The notes below the pieces were generated by a model. The model was not told the origin of the DNA and ran no database searches. It saw only the letters and a list, made by a program, of their open reading frames with translations. A DNA stretch of 64,000 bases from an uncultured Chloroflexia bacterium. GTDB taxonomy: Bacteria; Chloroflexota; Dehalococcoidia; UBA2979. The stretch is taken from positions 1,408,001-1,472,000 of the forward strand of contig CAVSIV010000006.1 of the NCBI GenBank assembly GCA_963728205.1. Reading direction: 5' to 3'. Position 1 is the stretch's first letter. Each line of letters starts with the position of its first letter. The translations under genes were made by a program, and so were the position numbers. Positions 38,827 through 47,571 of this stretch are shown piece after piece.

Positions 38827-39650
38827 GGGGTCTGCTCCAATCGCGCGGGGACGACCAGCGGGCGGCCGGTCGCCGGGTGGGCGATGACCGACACGTGCGC
38901 GCCGTAGACGCGCCGGATCACGGCGTCGGTCAGCACGAGCGAGGGTACTCCGGCGGCGACGACACGGCCGCCGTCGAGCAGGACGATCCGGTCGCAGTAG
39001 GTCGCGGCGAGCGTGAGGTCGTGCACGACGACGAGCACGCCGACGCCGGCCGCCGCCAGCCCGCGCACGACCTCGAAGATCTCGCCCTGGCCCCCGGCGT
39101 CGAGGTTCGCCGTCGGCTCGTCGAGCAGCAGCAGCCGCGGCTCCTGCGCGAGCCCGCGCGCGATGAACGCGCGACGGCGCTGGCCGCCGGAGAGCGTGCC
39201 GAGCTCGCGGTCGGCGAACTCCGCGCAGCCGGCGCGGCGCATCGCGCCGGCGACGACCTCGCGGTCGCGGCGCGACTCGCGGCCGAGCAGCCGCAGGTGC
39301 GGGTGGCGGCCGAGCGCGACGAGCTCGTCGACGCGCATCGTCGGCGGCGCGTCGGGCAGCTGCTGCACGACGGCGACCTCGCGCGCGAGGTCGCGCCGTC
39401 CGAGCGCGTCGAGCGCGCGGCCGGCGACGCGGACGTCGCCGCCGGCGCGCGGCGTCGTGCGCGTGACGGCGCGCAGCAGCGTGCTCTTGCCGGCACCGTT
39501 CGGGCCGACGAGCGCCACCACCTCGCCGGCGCCGACCTCGAGGTCGACGCCGCGGAGAACGTCGCGCCCGTCGAGCGCGACGCGCAGGTCGCGCACGGCG
39601 AGCAGCGACGCGGAGGCGTTGGCCGGCACCGCCGGGGGCGCGCCGGTCAC
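38823..39650 (-). CDS. btuD: Cobalamin ABC transporter ATPase
   Basis: GPNGAGKST, LSGGQRRR, LLDEPT and VVHDL motifs; cob operon context. Confidence 0.88.
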   Translation of the reverse strand: MTGAPPAVPANASASLLAVRDLRVALDGRDVLRGVDLEVGAGEVVALVGPNGAGKSTLLRAVTRTTPRAGGDVRVAGRALDALGRRDLAREVAVVQQLPDAPPTMRVDELVALGRHPHLRLLGRESRRDREVVAGAMRRAGCAEFADRELGTLSGGQRRRAFIARGLAQEPRLLLLDEPTANLDAGGQGEIFEVVRGLAAAGVGVLVVVHDLTLAATYCDRIVLLDGGRVVAAGVPSLVLTDAVIRRVYGAHVSVIAHPATGRPLVVPARLEQTP

Positions 39651-39795
39651 GGCGCACCGCCGGCGCACCGCGGGCGGCACGCCCGCGGCTCCCGCATCAA
39701 CCCGTGGCCATGTGCACGCGCACGCGTCCCCGCGGCGAACGCCGGGCATACCACCCGCCGTTCGTGCCGCACCCCCCGGCGCGTGCGCCCCGCCA

Positions 39796-40887
39796 TCACA
39801 GCCGGTCCGCCCGGTGCGTGCGCAGCAGGTAGAGGAAGAACGGCCCCCCCGCGAGCGACGTCACGATGCCCACCGGGATCTCCTGCGGCGCGATCGCGGT
39901 GCGCGCCAGCACGTCCGCCGCGATCAGGAACGACGCCCCGAGCAGCGCGCTCAGCGGCAGCAGCCGCCGGTGGTCGCCGCCGGTGAGCATGCGCGTCACA
40001 TGCGGCACGATCAGCCCGACGAACCCGATCACGCCCGCGATCGCCACCGCCGTCGCCGCCACGAGCGATGCCCCGCCGAGCACGATCAGCTTCGTCCGCG
40101 TCACGTCGACGCCGAGCTGCGCCGCCTGCTCCTCGTCGAGCTGCAGCACGTTCAGCACGCGTGCGTAGACCGCGACGATGCCGACGCCGATCAGCAGGTA
40201 CGGCAGCGCGAACGCAATGCGGGCCCAGGAGATGATGTTGAAGCCGCCGAAGAGGAACGCCAGGATCGGCCGCGTCGCCTCGCCCCCGCTCAGCAGCAGG
40301 AACGACGTGATCGACGAGAACACCGCGGACAGCGCGACCCCCGCGAGGATGAGCGTCGCGTTGTTCACCGTGCTTCCGCTGCGTGCGAAGAGGTAGACCA
40401 GCACGACCGTCGCGCCGGCGCCGACGAACGCGAACGCCGGCACCCAGCCAATGCCGTAGCTGCTCGAGTCGAGCGGGCTGACGATCGCGATGGACGCACC
40501 CAGCGCCGCGCCGGACGCCACGCCCAGCAGGAACGGGTCGGCGAGCGGGTTGCGGAACACGCCCTGGTACGCGCCGCCGGAGAAGCCGAGCGCGCCGCCC
40601 ACGATCCCGGCGGCGACGACGCGCGGCAGGCGGATGTCGAACACGATGCGCTGCCACGCGACGGGGGCGTCGACGTGGACGCCGAGCAGCGGTAGGCGCG
40701 AGGCGAGCAGCCCGGCGACGGTGCGCGGCGGGATGCCGGCGGCGCCCTGCGTCACCGCGAGCGCGGCGACGACGAGCAGCAGCACGACGCCGAGCGCGAG
40801 CGGCGTCGCCCGCGCGATCGCCCCGCCCCGCGGCGCCGTGCCCGCCGCCGGCGTCGCGACCGCCGCCCGCAGCCGCCGGGCGCTCAC
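39796..40887 (-). CDS. btuC: Cobalamin ABC transporter permease (FecCD/BtuC)
   Basis: IRLPRV, QGVFRNPLADPFLLGVASGA, GVIGFVGLIVPH and EIPVGIVT motifs. Confidence 0.9.
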   Translation of the reverse strand: MSARRLRAAVATPAAGTAPRGGAIARATPLALGVVLLLVVAALAVTQGAAGIPPRTVAGLLASRLPLLGVHVDAPVAWQRIVFDIRLPRVVAAGIVGGALGFSGGAYQGVFRNPLADPFLLGVASGAALGASIAIVSPLDSSSYGIGWVPAFAFVGAGATVVLVYLFARSGSTVNNATLILAGVALSAVFSSITSFLLLSGGEATRPILAFLFGGFNIISWARIAFALPYLLIGVGIVAVYARVLNVLQLDEEQAAQLGVDVTRTKLIVLGGASLVAATAVAIAGVIGFVGLIVPHVTRMLTGGDHRRLLPLSALLGASFLIAADVLARTAIAPQEIPVGIVTSLAGGPFFLYLLRTHRADRL

Positions 40888-41985
40888 CGCGCCGCGCCCG
40901 CGGCCCCGGTTGCCGCGGCGGTCGCGGACGCCGTCGGACTGCCGTACACGTTTCCGCCCGGCATCGCGTGCGCGAAGCGATCGGGGTAGAGGTCGTGCGC
41001 CAGCAGCTCGATCGCGTCGGCGATGCGCGCCCCCGGCCGGTTCGTCAGATCGCTGTTCACGCCGATCACCCGGTGCTGCTTCACCGCCGACACCGACGAC
41101 CAGCCCGGCCGCGCCGCGACCGTCTGCTCGCTCTCCCCGAACGCGGCGTCGGCGAGCAGCACCACGTCCGGGTCGGCCGCGATCACCGCCTCCGCCGTCA
41201 GCTGCGGGAAGGCGGACGTCGCACCCGCCGCGACGTTCCGCGCCTTGAGCAGCGCGAGCATGCTGCCCACGAACGAGTTCGGAGCGGCCGTATACAGCGT
41301 GTTGTCGAGCTCGAAGAACACCTTCGGACCCTGCTGCACGTCGGCGAGGCGCTGCACGACGGCGTCGATGCGCGCCTTCGACTGCGTGACCAGCGCCTGC
41401 GCGCCGTCGTCGTGACCGGTCGCTGCGCCAATCGCCGTCATCTGCGCGTAGACGCCATCGAGCGAGTCGGGGATGTCGAGCAGCAGCGTCGGGATGTGCA
41501 GGTCGCGGAACTGCTTCGCCTGCTCGGGCATCGACGTCACGATCAGATCGGGCGACAGCGCGAGCGCCTTCTCGGGGTCGGTGCTGTCGAGATAGGTGTC
41601 GAGCTGCGGCAGCTTCGCGGCATCGGCCGGGTAGTTCGAGTAGCGGTCGACGGCGACGACCTGCGGGCCGGCGCCGACGGCGAAGAGGATCTCGGTGGCG
41701 CCCGGCGAGAACGAGAATCACGCGCTCGGGCCGCCGGTCGAGCGTGGCGGACGTGCCCTCGGAGCCCTGCACGGTCCGCGGGAAGGCGGCGGGGGCCGTC
41801 GGGGTCGCCGCGGCGGCGCCCGCCGCCGCGGTCGGGGTCGCGCTCGCCGCGGCGGTTGGCGTCGTGGCGGCGCTCCTGCCGCCGCACGCCACGAGCAGGG
41901 TCGCGGCGACGCTCACGAGGAGCAGGCTCACCGACCCGCGGGATCGCAAGCGGAACCGGTCTCGGATCACTGGTGCCTCCTGCAC
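40884..41985 (-). CDS. btuF: Cobalamin-binding lipoprotein BtuF; frameshift near 41716
   Basis: Lipobox LVAC and FPRTV...PERVI. Removing one base restores SFSPGATEILFAVG, then EAVIAADPDVV and RPGARI. Start uncertain. Confidence 0.85.
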
Positions 41986-42010
41986 TCGGGAGGTCCTTCG
42001 CGCGGGCGCG

Positions 42011-42036
42011 AAAAACCCCCTCTGGTGCGAGGGGGC
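42011..42036 (-). terminator. Intrinsic terminator in the btuF leader (riboswitch expression platform)
   Basis: Minus strand CCCCCTC-GCACCA-GAGGGGG followed by TTTTT. Confidence 0.75.
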
Positions 42037-42114
42037 AGGCGTGTGAAGGCGTCAGTGCGTCCGTGGGGCCACGGGCGGCGCTGCTGCCGTCGCCTGTCCT
42101 CGCAGGATCGACAA

Positions 42115-42235
42115 CGGACGCAGGCCGGTTTTCTGGCTCGCCGCGCTCCCGGGCCCGGGAGCGCGACTCACAGTTGCGGGACAGCGCCGGTTTCGCACCG
42201 GACTTGCCCGGACACCACGTCGAATCGCGACGATA
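42115..42235 (-). ncRNA. Cobalamin riboswitch
   Basis: Minus strand GGGCAAGTCCGGTGCGAAACCGGCGCTGTCCCGCAACTGT ... GAGCCAGAAAACC (B12 box), upstream of the btu/cob operon. Confidence 0.93.
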
Positions 42236-42338
42236 GCACCACCCCGCTGCGCACACCACGCGCCGAACGGGCGAACGGCCGCGGCAGGGTGCCGGTGCCC
42301 CACCGCGGCCGCTCGGGAAGCGAAGAGCCGCCCGGACG

Positions 42339-42893
42339 CTAGTCGACGCCGACGGCGTGCTCCGGCCGCACGAGGTTGCCCGTGTGCGACTCCGTCAGCA
42401 CGTGATACTCCCAGGTGCCCCAGACCGCCCAGTCAGGGTTGCCCGTATAACGCGGGTCCGTCTGGCTCACGATGAGGTAGTTGTACTGCCCGTTGTCGTC
42501 ATAGCCAGAGCAATTGATGTGGTTCTGGATCCACCCCTCGTTCATGTAAGGGTCGTTGCCGAAGTCCGCCCGGTAGTTGATGACGTAGTTGCACGTCGTC
42601 AGCGTTGCCGCGTCGAGCGCCCCGATGCTGTCGACGGTTCCCTGGATGCGCCCGTCGCCGAGGTCCCAGTAGTAGTCGCCGTTGGCGTCGTATGCGTACA
42701 CGGACGTGTAGTGGCCGTTCACGTACACGCCGGCATCGGGATAGCCGTTCCCGTCCTGGTCGTAACGGGCGCTGTCGTGACCGGGCACGCGCGTGCCCGC
42801 CGAGGCGGCCGACACGAGCGCCACGGCCGCGACCACCGACGCGAGCAGCGCAAGCAGCACCGGGATCGATGCGCGTCTCAGAGCGTGTGACAT
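42339..42893 (-). CDS. Secreted hypothetical protein rich in Tyr/Trp/Asn/Asp
   Basis: Signal peptide ending ASA, DQDGNGYPD (DxDxNG Ca-binding-like loop) and two Cys. Confidence 0.7.
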   Translation of the reverse strand: MSHALRRASIPVLLALLASVVAAVALVSAASAGTRVPGHDSARYDQDGNGYPDAGVYVNGHYTSVYAYDANGDYYWDLGDGRIQGTVDSIGALDAATLTTCNYVINYRADFGNDPYMNEGWIQNHINCSGYDDNGQYNYLIVSQTDPRYTGNPDWAVWGTWEYHVLTESHTGNLVRPEHAVGVD

Positions 42894-43008
42894 GGGAGTC
42901 CAATCCGGAAGCGAAGCCTGTGTCGTTGACGGCGCCATTACACGCACCATGGGCGCAGGATGACAACCCGTTCTCGGTAGGCATTCCAGCCACCCGGCGG
43001 TGCCGGCG

Positions 43009-44208
43009 CTACCGAGTGCGGGCGTCCATCTCCTCCGCGATCACGTCGGCGATCACCCCGACCGCTCGCTCGATCGTCTCCGGATCGGCCGCGGTGAAGT
43101 TCATGCGCAGCGTGGCGGCGCCGACGCGCTGGTCGACGAAGAAGAACTTGCCTGGCACGAACGCGACCCCGCGCGCCAGCGCTCGCTCGTTCAGCCGTTC
43201 GGCATCGAATCCCGCCGGACCCTCGACCCAGACGAACATGCCGCCCTCGGGACGCGTCCAGCGGAAGTCCTCGGGCATGTGCTGAGCGAGCGCGTCGAGC
43301 ATCGCGCGCTGCCGGGGCCGGTAGAGATCGAGGATGTGCGGCAGCCGGCGGGCGAGGTGGCCGCCGGTGATGTACTCCGCAGCCAGCGCCTGGCCGAACG
43401 TGCTCGTGTGCAGGTCCACCCCCTGCCGCGCGATCACGAGCCAGCGCTGCAGCGCGGCCGGCGCCAGGCAGAAGCCGATGCGCAGACCGGGCGCGAACGT
43501 CTTCGACAGCGTGCTCACGTAGACGACGTGATCCGGCGCGAGCGACTTGATCGACGGCACCGGAACGCCCGCGTAGCGGAGCGCGCTGTACGGGTCGTCC
43601 TCGATCAGCAGCGCGTCATGGTGCTGCAGGATCGCCGCGACCGCGCGTCGGCGCGCGAGCGTCAGCGTGCGGCCGGTCGGGTTCTGGAACGTCGGAACGA
43701 GGTAGACGAGCTTCACGCGCTCGCCCGCGAGCGCGCGGTCCAGCGCGTCGGGCAGGAGGCCGTCGTCGTCGGTGGCGAGCTCGACGTAGCGCGGGCCGTA
43801 GGCGTTGAACGCCTGCAGCGCGCCGAGGTAGGTGGGCGCCTCAACGGCGATCGCGTCGCCGGGGGAGACGAGCACCTTGCCGACGGCGTCGAGCACGCCC
43901 TGCGAGCCGCTGAACACGAGGACGTCGTCCGCCGTCGCGGGGATGCCGCGGGCGGCGACCTCGCCGGCGAGCGCCGCGCGCAGCGGCGCGAAGCCCTCGC
44001 TCGCGTCGTACTGGAGCGCGCGGGCGCCGTGGCGCGCGAGGACGGCGCCGGTGATCTCTTCCATGATGTCGAGCGGGAAGCTCTCGGCCGCCGGCAGCCC
44101 GCCGGCGAGCGAGATCATGTCGGGCGACGACGCGACCTTGAGGATCTCGCGGATCGCGCTGGCCTCCATGCCGCTGGTTCGGTCGGCGAGCAGATCGTCG
44201 AAGTTCAT
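43009..44208 (-). CDS. PLP-dependent aminotransferase class I (LysN/2-aminoadipate transaminase-like)
   Basis: SAIREILK, ISLAGGLP, PTFQNPTG, EDDPY, STLSKTFAPGLRIG and PEGGMFVW motifs. Confidence 0.92.
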   Translation of the reverse strand: MNFDDLLADRTSGMEASAIREILKVASSPDMISLAGGLPAAESFPLDIMEEITGAVLARHGARALQYDASEGFAPLRAALAGEVAARGIPATADDVLVFSGSQGVLDAVGKVLVSPGDAIAVEAPTYLGALQAFNAYGPRYVELATDDDGLLPDALDRALAGERVKLVYLVPTFQNPTGRTLTLARRRAVAAILQHHDALLIEDDPYSALRYAGVPVPSIKSLAPDHVVYVSTLSKTFAPGLRIGFCLAPAALQRWLVIARQGVDLHTSTFGQALAAEYITGGHLARRLPHILDLYRPRQRAMLDALAQHMPEDFRWTRPEGGMFVWVEGPAGFDAERLNERALARGVAFVPGKFFFVDQRVGAATLRMNFTAADPETIERAVGVIADVIAEEMDARTR

Positions 44209-44385
44209 GGCAGGGGATCCTATGCGCCGGAGACGGCGAGCGCGGGCCCGCGCCCGGTGCTCGATCGCGAGCGTCGCCCATCGCGATGGCCGGGGCATGC
44301 CGCGCCGGGGAGCCGCCTCAGCTCGAGCACGGGGCGTCAGGCGCGCGGTCGCCGGTTGTCCCTCGCGCACGCCGCCGGCGGCGCG

Positions 44386-44414
44386 TTGACACGCCGTGCG
44401 CCGCTCCCTAGCGT
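44386..44414 (+). promoter_or_regulatory. Sigma70-type promoter
   Basis: TTGACA-N17-TAGCGT in an otherwise GC-rich intergenic region. Confidence 0.65.
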
Positions 44415-44423
44415 CATCGCACC

Positions 44424-44528
44424 ATGCAGCGCACCACTTGCGCCACGCCGTTCGCCCTCGCTCGGACCGCCGATGCCCACGGTCGCATCGTCGTGTCCTC
44501 GGATCCGGGGGCCGAGGCGCCTGCATAG
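44424..44528 (+). CDS. Putative 34-aa leader peptide (uORF)
   Basis: ATG 9 nt after the -10 box; encodes MQRTTCATPFALARTADAHGRIVVSSDPGAEAPA; followed by a terminator hairpin. Confidence 0.4.
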   Translation: MQRTTCATPFALARTADAHGRIVVSSDPGAEAPA

Positions 44529-44557
44529 GAGACCAACCCTCTCGCCGCAGCGCCAAT

Positions 44558-44586
44558 CGGCCCGTCAGACGACGGGCCGCTTTCTT
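44558..44586 (+). terminator. Leader (attenuator) terminator upstream of the GNAT genes
   Basis: CGGCCCGTC-AGAC-GACGGGCCG followed by CTTTCTT. Confidence 0.6.
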
Positions 44587-44624
44587 GCCCGGGCCGCCCG
44601 GCGCCCGGGGCGAAGGAGCGCACG

Positions 44625-45200
44625 ATGCCACTGATGGGAGAACGCACCCGACTGCGCGCGATCGAGCCGGAGGACGCTGCCGCCGCGTTCCGCTGGGTCA
44701 ACGACCCCGAGGTGACGGAGCACCTGGCGATCCGCTACCCGATGTCGCTCGCGACGGAGCAGGCGTGGGCGGAGCGGGCGGGCGCTCCGCCGGGATACCG
44801 CAACGCCGTCTTCGCCATCGAGGCGCTCGACGACGGCACGCTGATCGGGGTCTGCGGGCTCCACGGCCAGACGCCCGAGGACCGCACCTCCGAGCTCGGC
44901 GTAAACATCGGCGAGCGGTCGCGGTGGGGCCGTGGCTACGGCTTCGACGCGCTGCGCACGCTGCTCGGATTCGGCTTCCGCGAGCTCAACCTGCGGCGCA
45001 TCTGGCTGCGCGTCGACGAGAACCACCCGCGCGGCATCGCGCTCTACGAGCGCCTCGGGTTCGCACACGAGGGCCGCCAGCGCGCGTCGCACTGGAGCCG
45101 GGGACGCGCGCTCGACTTCCTGGTGATGGGCATCGCGCGCGAAGAGTTCGACGTCCGCTACGGCGCGTACGAGGAGGTGGGCGATGTTCCTCGAGGGTGA
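44625..45200 (+). CDS. GNAT acetyltransferase, RimJ/RimL family
   Basis: RWGRGYG, GFRELNLRRIWL and YERLGFAHEG motifs. Confidence 0.92.
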   Translation: MPLMGERTRLRAIEPEDAAAAFRWVNDPEVTEHLAIRYPMSLATEQAWAERAGAPPGYRNAVFAIEALDDGTLIGVCGLHGQTPEDRTSELGVNIGERSRWGRGYGFDALRTLLGFGFRELNLRRIWLRVDENHPRGIALYERLGFAHEGRQRASHWSRGRALDFLVMGIAREEFDVRYGAYEEVGDVPRG

Positions 45201-45750
45201 GCGCACGCGGCTGCGCCCGGCGCTCGCCGACGACGCGCGGCGATTCCTGGCGTGGATCAACGACCCGGAGATCGCGCACTACCTCGGCGGGCCGGCGTTC
45301 CAGTTCTCGGTCGCGGCAGAGCGCGCGTTCGTCGAGTCGCACCTCGAGAACGACTGGGATCACGGCATCTTCCTCGTCATCGAGGCGACCGACCGCCCCG
45401 CCCCCGTGCCGATCGGGACCCTCGATCTGCGGCAGCTCGACCCGATCGCGCGTCGCGGCACGGTCGGCATGGAGATCGGCGAGCGCGACTACTGGAGCCG
45501 CGGCTTCGGCAGCGACGCGCTGCGCACGCTGTGCCGCTTCGCCTTCGACGAGCTCGACCTGCACCGCATCGAGCTCACCGTTGCGGCCTTCAACCCGCGC
45601 GCGCAGCGCGCGTATGAGAAGGTCGGCTTCGTCGTCGAGGGCCGCCTGCGGGAGCATCGCTACGCCGCCGGTCGCTACCACGACACGCTGGTCATGGGGC
45701 TGTTGTGCGACGACTTCCGCGCGCGCGAAGAAGAACGGCGAGCGGAATGA
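45184..45750 (+). CDS. GNAT acetyltransferase, RimJ/RimL family (tandem paralogue)
   Basis: YWSRGFG, AFDELDLHRIEL and YEKVGFVVEGRLR motifs. Confidence 0.92.
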   Translation: MFLEGERTRLRPALADDARRFLAWINDPEIAHYLGGPAFQFSVAAERAFVESHLENDWDHGIFLVIEATDRPAPVPIGTLDLRQLDPIARRGTVGMEIGERDYWSRGFGSDALRTLCRFAFDELDLHRIELTVAAFNPRAQRAYEKVGFVVEGRLREHRYAAGRYHDTLVMGLLCDDFRAREEERRAE

Positions 45751-46511
45751 GCGTCGTGCCGGCCGACTACTCGGCGTATGCCGACCTGTATGACCGGCGC
45801 GTCTCGGGCGTCGCCGGAGACGTCGACTTCTACCGCGCGCTCGCGCTCGAGGGCGGCGGCCCGGTCGTCGAGCTCGGCGTGGGGACCGGCCGCATCGCCA
45901 TCCCGATTGCCGCGGCGGGCGTGCCGGTGATCGGCGTCGACCTCTCGGCGGCGATGCTGCGGGTTGCGGCGGCGAAGGCGCGGGCGGCCGGCCCCGGCGT
46001 CGTCGATCGCCTGTGGCTCGGGCAGGGCGACATGCGCGCGTTCGCGCTGCGCCGACCGGTCTCGCTCGTGACGATCCCGTTCCGCACGTTTCTCCACAAC
46101 GTGACCACGGAGGACCAGCTCGCCACGCTCGCTGCGGCGCGGGCGGCGCTCGCGCCCGACGGGCGCCTCGCGCTCAACGTCTTCAACCCGGACGTGCTGA
46201 TGATCGCCGACGGCGTGCGTCGCGGCGGCGCCTGGCAGCCGGGCGCTGGCCCGCGTGGTGCCGACCAGCAGCTCACGTACGAGCCGACTGCGCAGGTCTC
46301 GCGCACGACGTGGACCTTCGCGCGGCCGGTGGGCGGGCGCGTGCGGTTCTCGTTCAGCCTGCGGTACGTGTACCGCTACGAGATGGAGCACCTGCTCGCG
46401 CGCGCCGGCTTCGCGGTCGAGGCGCTCTACGGGGACCATTTCCGCGCCCCGTTCGTCGAGACTTCGACGGAGATGGTGTGGATTGCGCGGCGTGCGGGCG
46501 CCGCACATTAG
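45747..46511 (+). CDS. Class I SAM-dependent methyltransferase
   Basis: VVELGVGTGRI, GVDLSAAML, GDMR and LAPDGRL motifs. Confidence 0.92.
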   Translation: MSVVPADYSAYADLYDRRVSGVAGDVDFYRALALEGGGPVVELGVGTGRIAIPIAAAGVPVIGVDLSAAMLRVAAAKARAAGPGVVDRLWLGQGDMRAFALRRPVSLVTIPFRTFLHNVTTEDQLATLAAARAALAPDGRLALNVFNPDVLMIADGVRRGGAWQPGAGPRGADQQLTYEPTAQVSRTTWTFARPVGGRVRFSFSLRYVYRYEMEHLLARAGFAVEALYGDHFRAPFVETSTEMVWIARRAGAAH

Positions 46512-46595
46512 AAAATGTCTTGATCCCGTCCGTCAGCATAGAGGTGATGGCGCCTCGGAGCGTGCGGGCGGCTCGAACGCTGCTGCGCGTTATTC

Positions 46596-46681
46596 GTCAC
46601 AATCTCGCAACGTTGGGTTGACAAGCGAGTCGCTTTGCGTATGCTCTTGTTGTCACAATCACGAAACCAACGCGATTGTGA
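46596..46681 (+). promoter_or_regulatory. Sigma70-type promoter with repeated TCACAATC operator-like motif
   Basis: TTGACA(46618)-N16-TATGCT. GTCACAATC at 46596 and 46652, inverted GATTGTGA at 46674. AT-rich patch. Confidence 0.6.
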
Positions 46682-46694
46682 TAGGGCGCATAGC

Positions 46695-46812
46695 GCACTG
46701 CCGAATTCCCGCACGCGGGAACCGGGGGACCCAGAACCTGGGGTGAACTTCTCTTCGGAGGAGCGGGCCAGCCTGATTCGGCCCGAACCCGTCAGCTAAC
46801 CCCGGAGGCAGG
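46695..46812 (+). ncRNA. c-di-AMP riboswitch (ydaO/yuaA class)
   Basis: CTGCCGAATTCCC...GGGAACCGGGGGACCCA...TGGGGTGAA...CCCGAACCCGTCAGCTAACCCCGGAGGCAG matches the ydaO consensus; P1 CTGCC/GGCAG. Confidence 0.9.
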
Positions 46813-46869
46813 ATGGGTCAGGCCCAGCCGGCGGGCTGCCGGAATGCCGACGATCCAGGAGATCCACCA

Positions 46870-47082
46870 ATGCTCTCGAGCGCTCCGCCGAAGAAGTGTC
46901 CTCGCTGCCGCGGCCTCATGATTATCGAGGACGACTGGTACGGGAAGTTCGGCAGCTGCATCGCGTGCGGCTACGTGCACGACACCGAGCGCTGCGACCC
47001 GACCGACCTCGAAGAGGAAGAGCGCCTCGCGGCCGGCAAGCAGCGGCGCCGCCAGCCCTCGCACGGGAAGCTTCGCCTCTAG
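46870..47082 (+). CDS. Small Zn-ribbon protein (70 aa)
   Basis: CPRC...CIAC, AGGAG RBS, acidic then basic C-terminal tail. First gene after the riboswitch. Confidence 0.75.
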   Translation: MLSSAPPKKCPRCRGLMIIEDDWYGKFGSCIACGYVHDTERCDPTDLEEEERLAAGKQRRRQPSHGKLRL

Positions 47083-47143
47083 TCCGTCGCCGGGACCGTC
47101 CTCCTCCCCTATGCTGCAGGCCGGTTCGCGGGAGGAGACACGC

Positions 47144-47449
47144 ATGGCGTACGTCCGCATTTCCCACATGCGCCCGAAGTCGGGTGAGGAGCAGCGCGTC
47201 GGGGAGATCCTCGACAAGCTCTCCACCTTCTATTCCGCCGAGGGCGGCTACGTCCTCGGGTACCGGCTGCAGCACCACGAGGGCGACGTGACCCGGCTGG
47301 GTCGCGTCGGCGTGTGGGAGAGCGAGGAGCATGCCGTCCACGCGGCGCAGACCGAGCACGCGCTCGCGCTGCGCTCGCAGTTGCTCCGCCTGATCGACGA
47401 GGACTCCCACGAGGAGCTCTCGTTCGAGGGCGAGCGGGACGGCGCGTAG
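47144..47449 (+). CDS. ABM-like dimeric alpha/beta-barrel protein
   Basis: YVRISHMRPKSG...GYVLG...VWESEEHA pattern; strong GGAGG RBS. Confidence 0.7.
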   Translation: MAYVRISHMRPKSGEEQRVGEILDKLSTFYSAEGGYVLGYRLQHHEGDVTRLGRVGVWESEEHAVHAAQTEHALALRSQLLRLIDEDSHEELSFEGERDGA

Positions 47450-47488
47450 CGCGAGCCCCGCGTTCGCATCCGCACCGCGACATACCAG

Positions 47489-47516
47489 AGAGCCGGGCAT
47501 CCGCCCGGCTCTTTTC
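47489..47516 (+). terminator. Intrinsic terminator
   Basis: AGAGCCGGGC-ATCC-GCCCGGCTCT-TTT. Confidence 0.75.
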
Positions 47517-47571
47517 GTGGCGGCCGGTTGCCGCTCGACGCTGGCATCCGCGGCGCTCCGCGATTCTCGGC

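Noticed and set aside
46586-46660. CRP sites suggested by TCACA half-sites
   Set aside because: The left TGTGA half-site at N6 spacing is absent in both cases.
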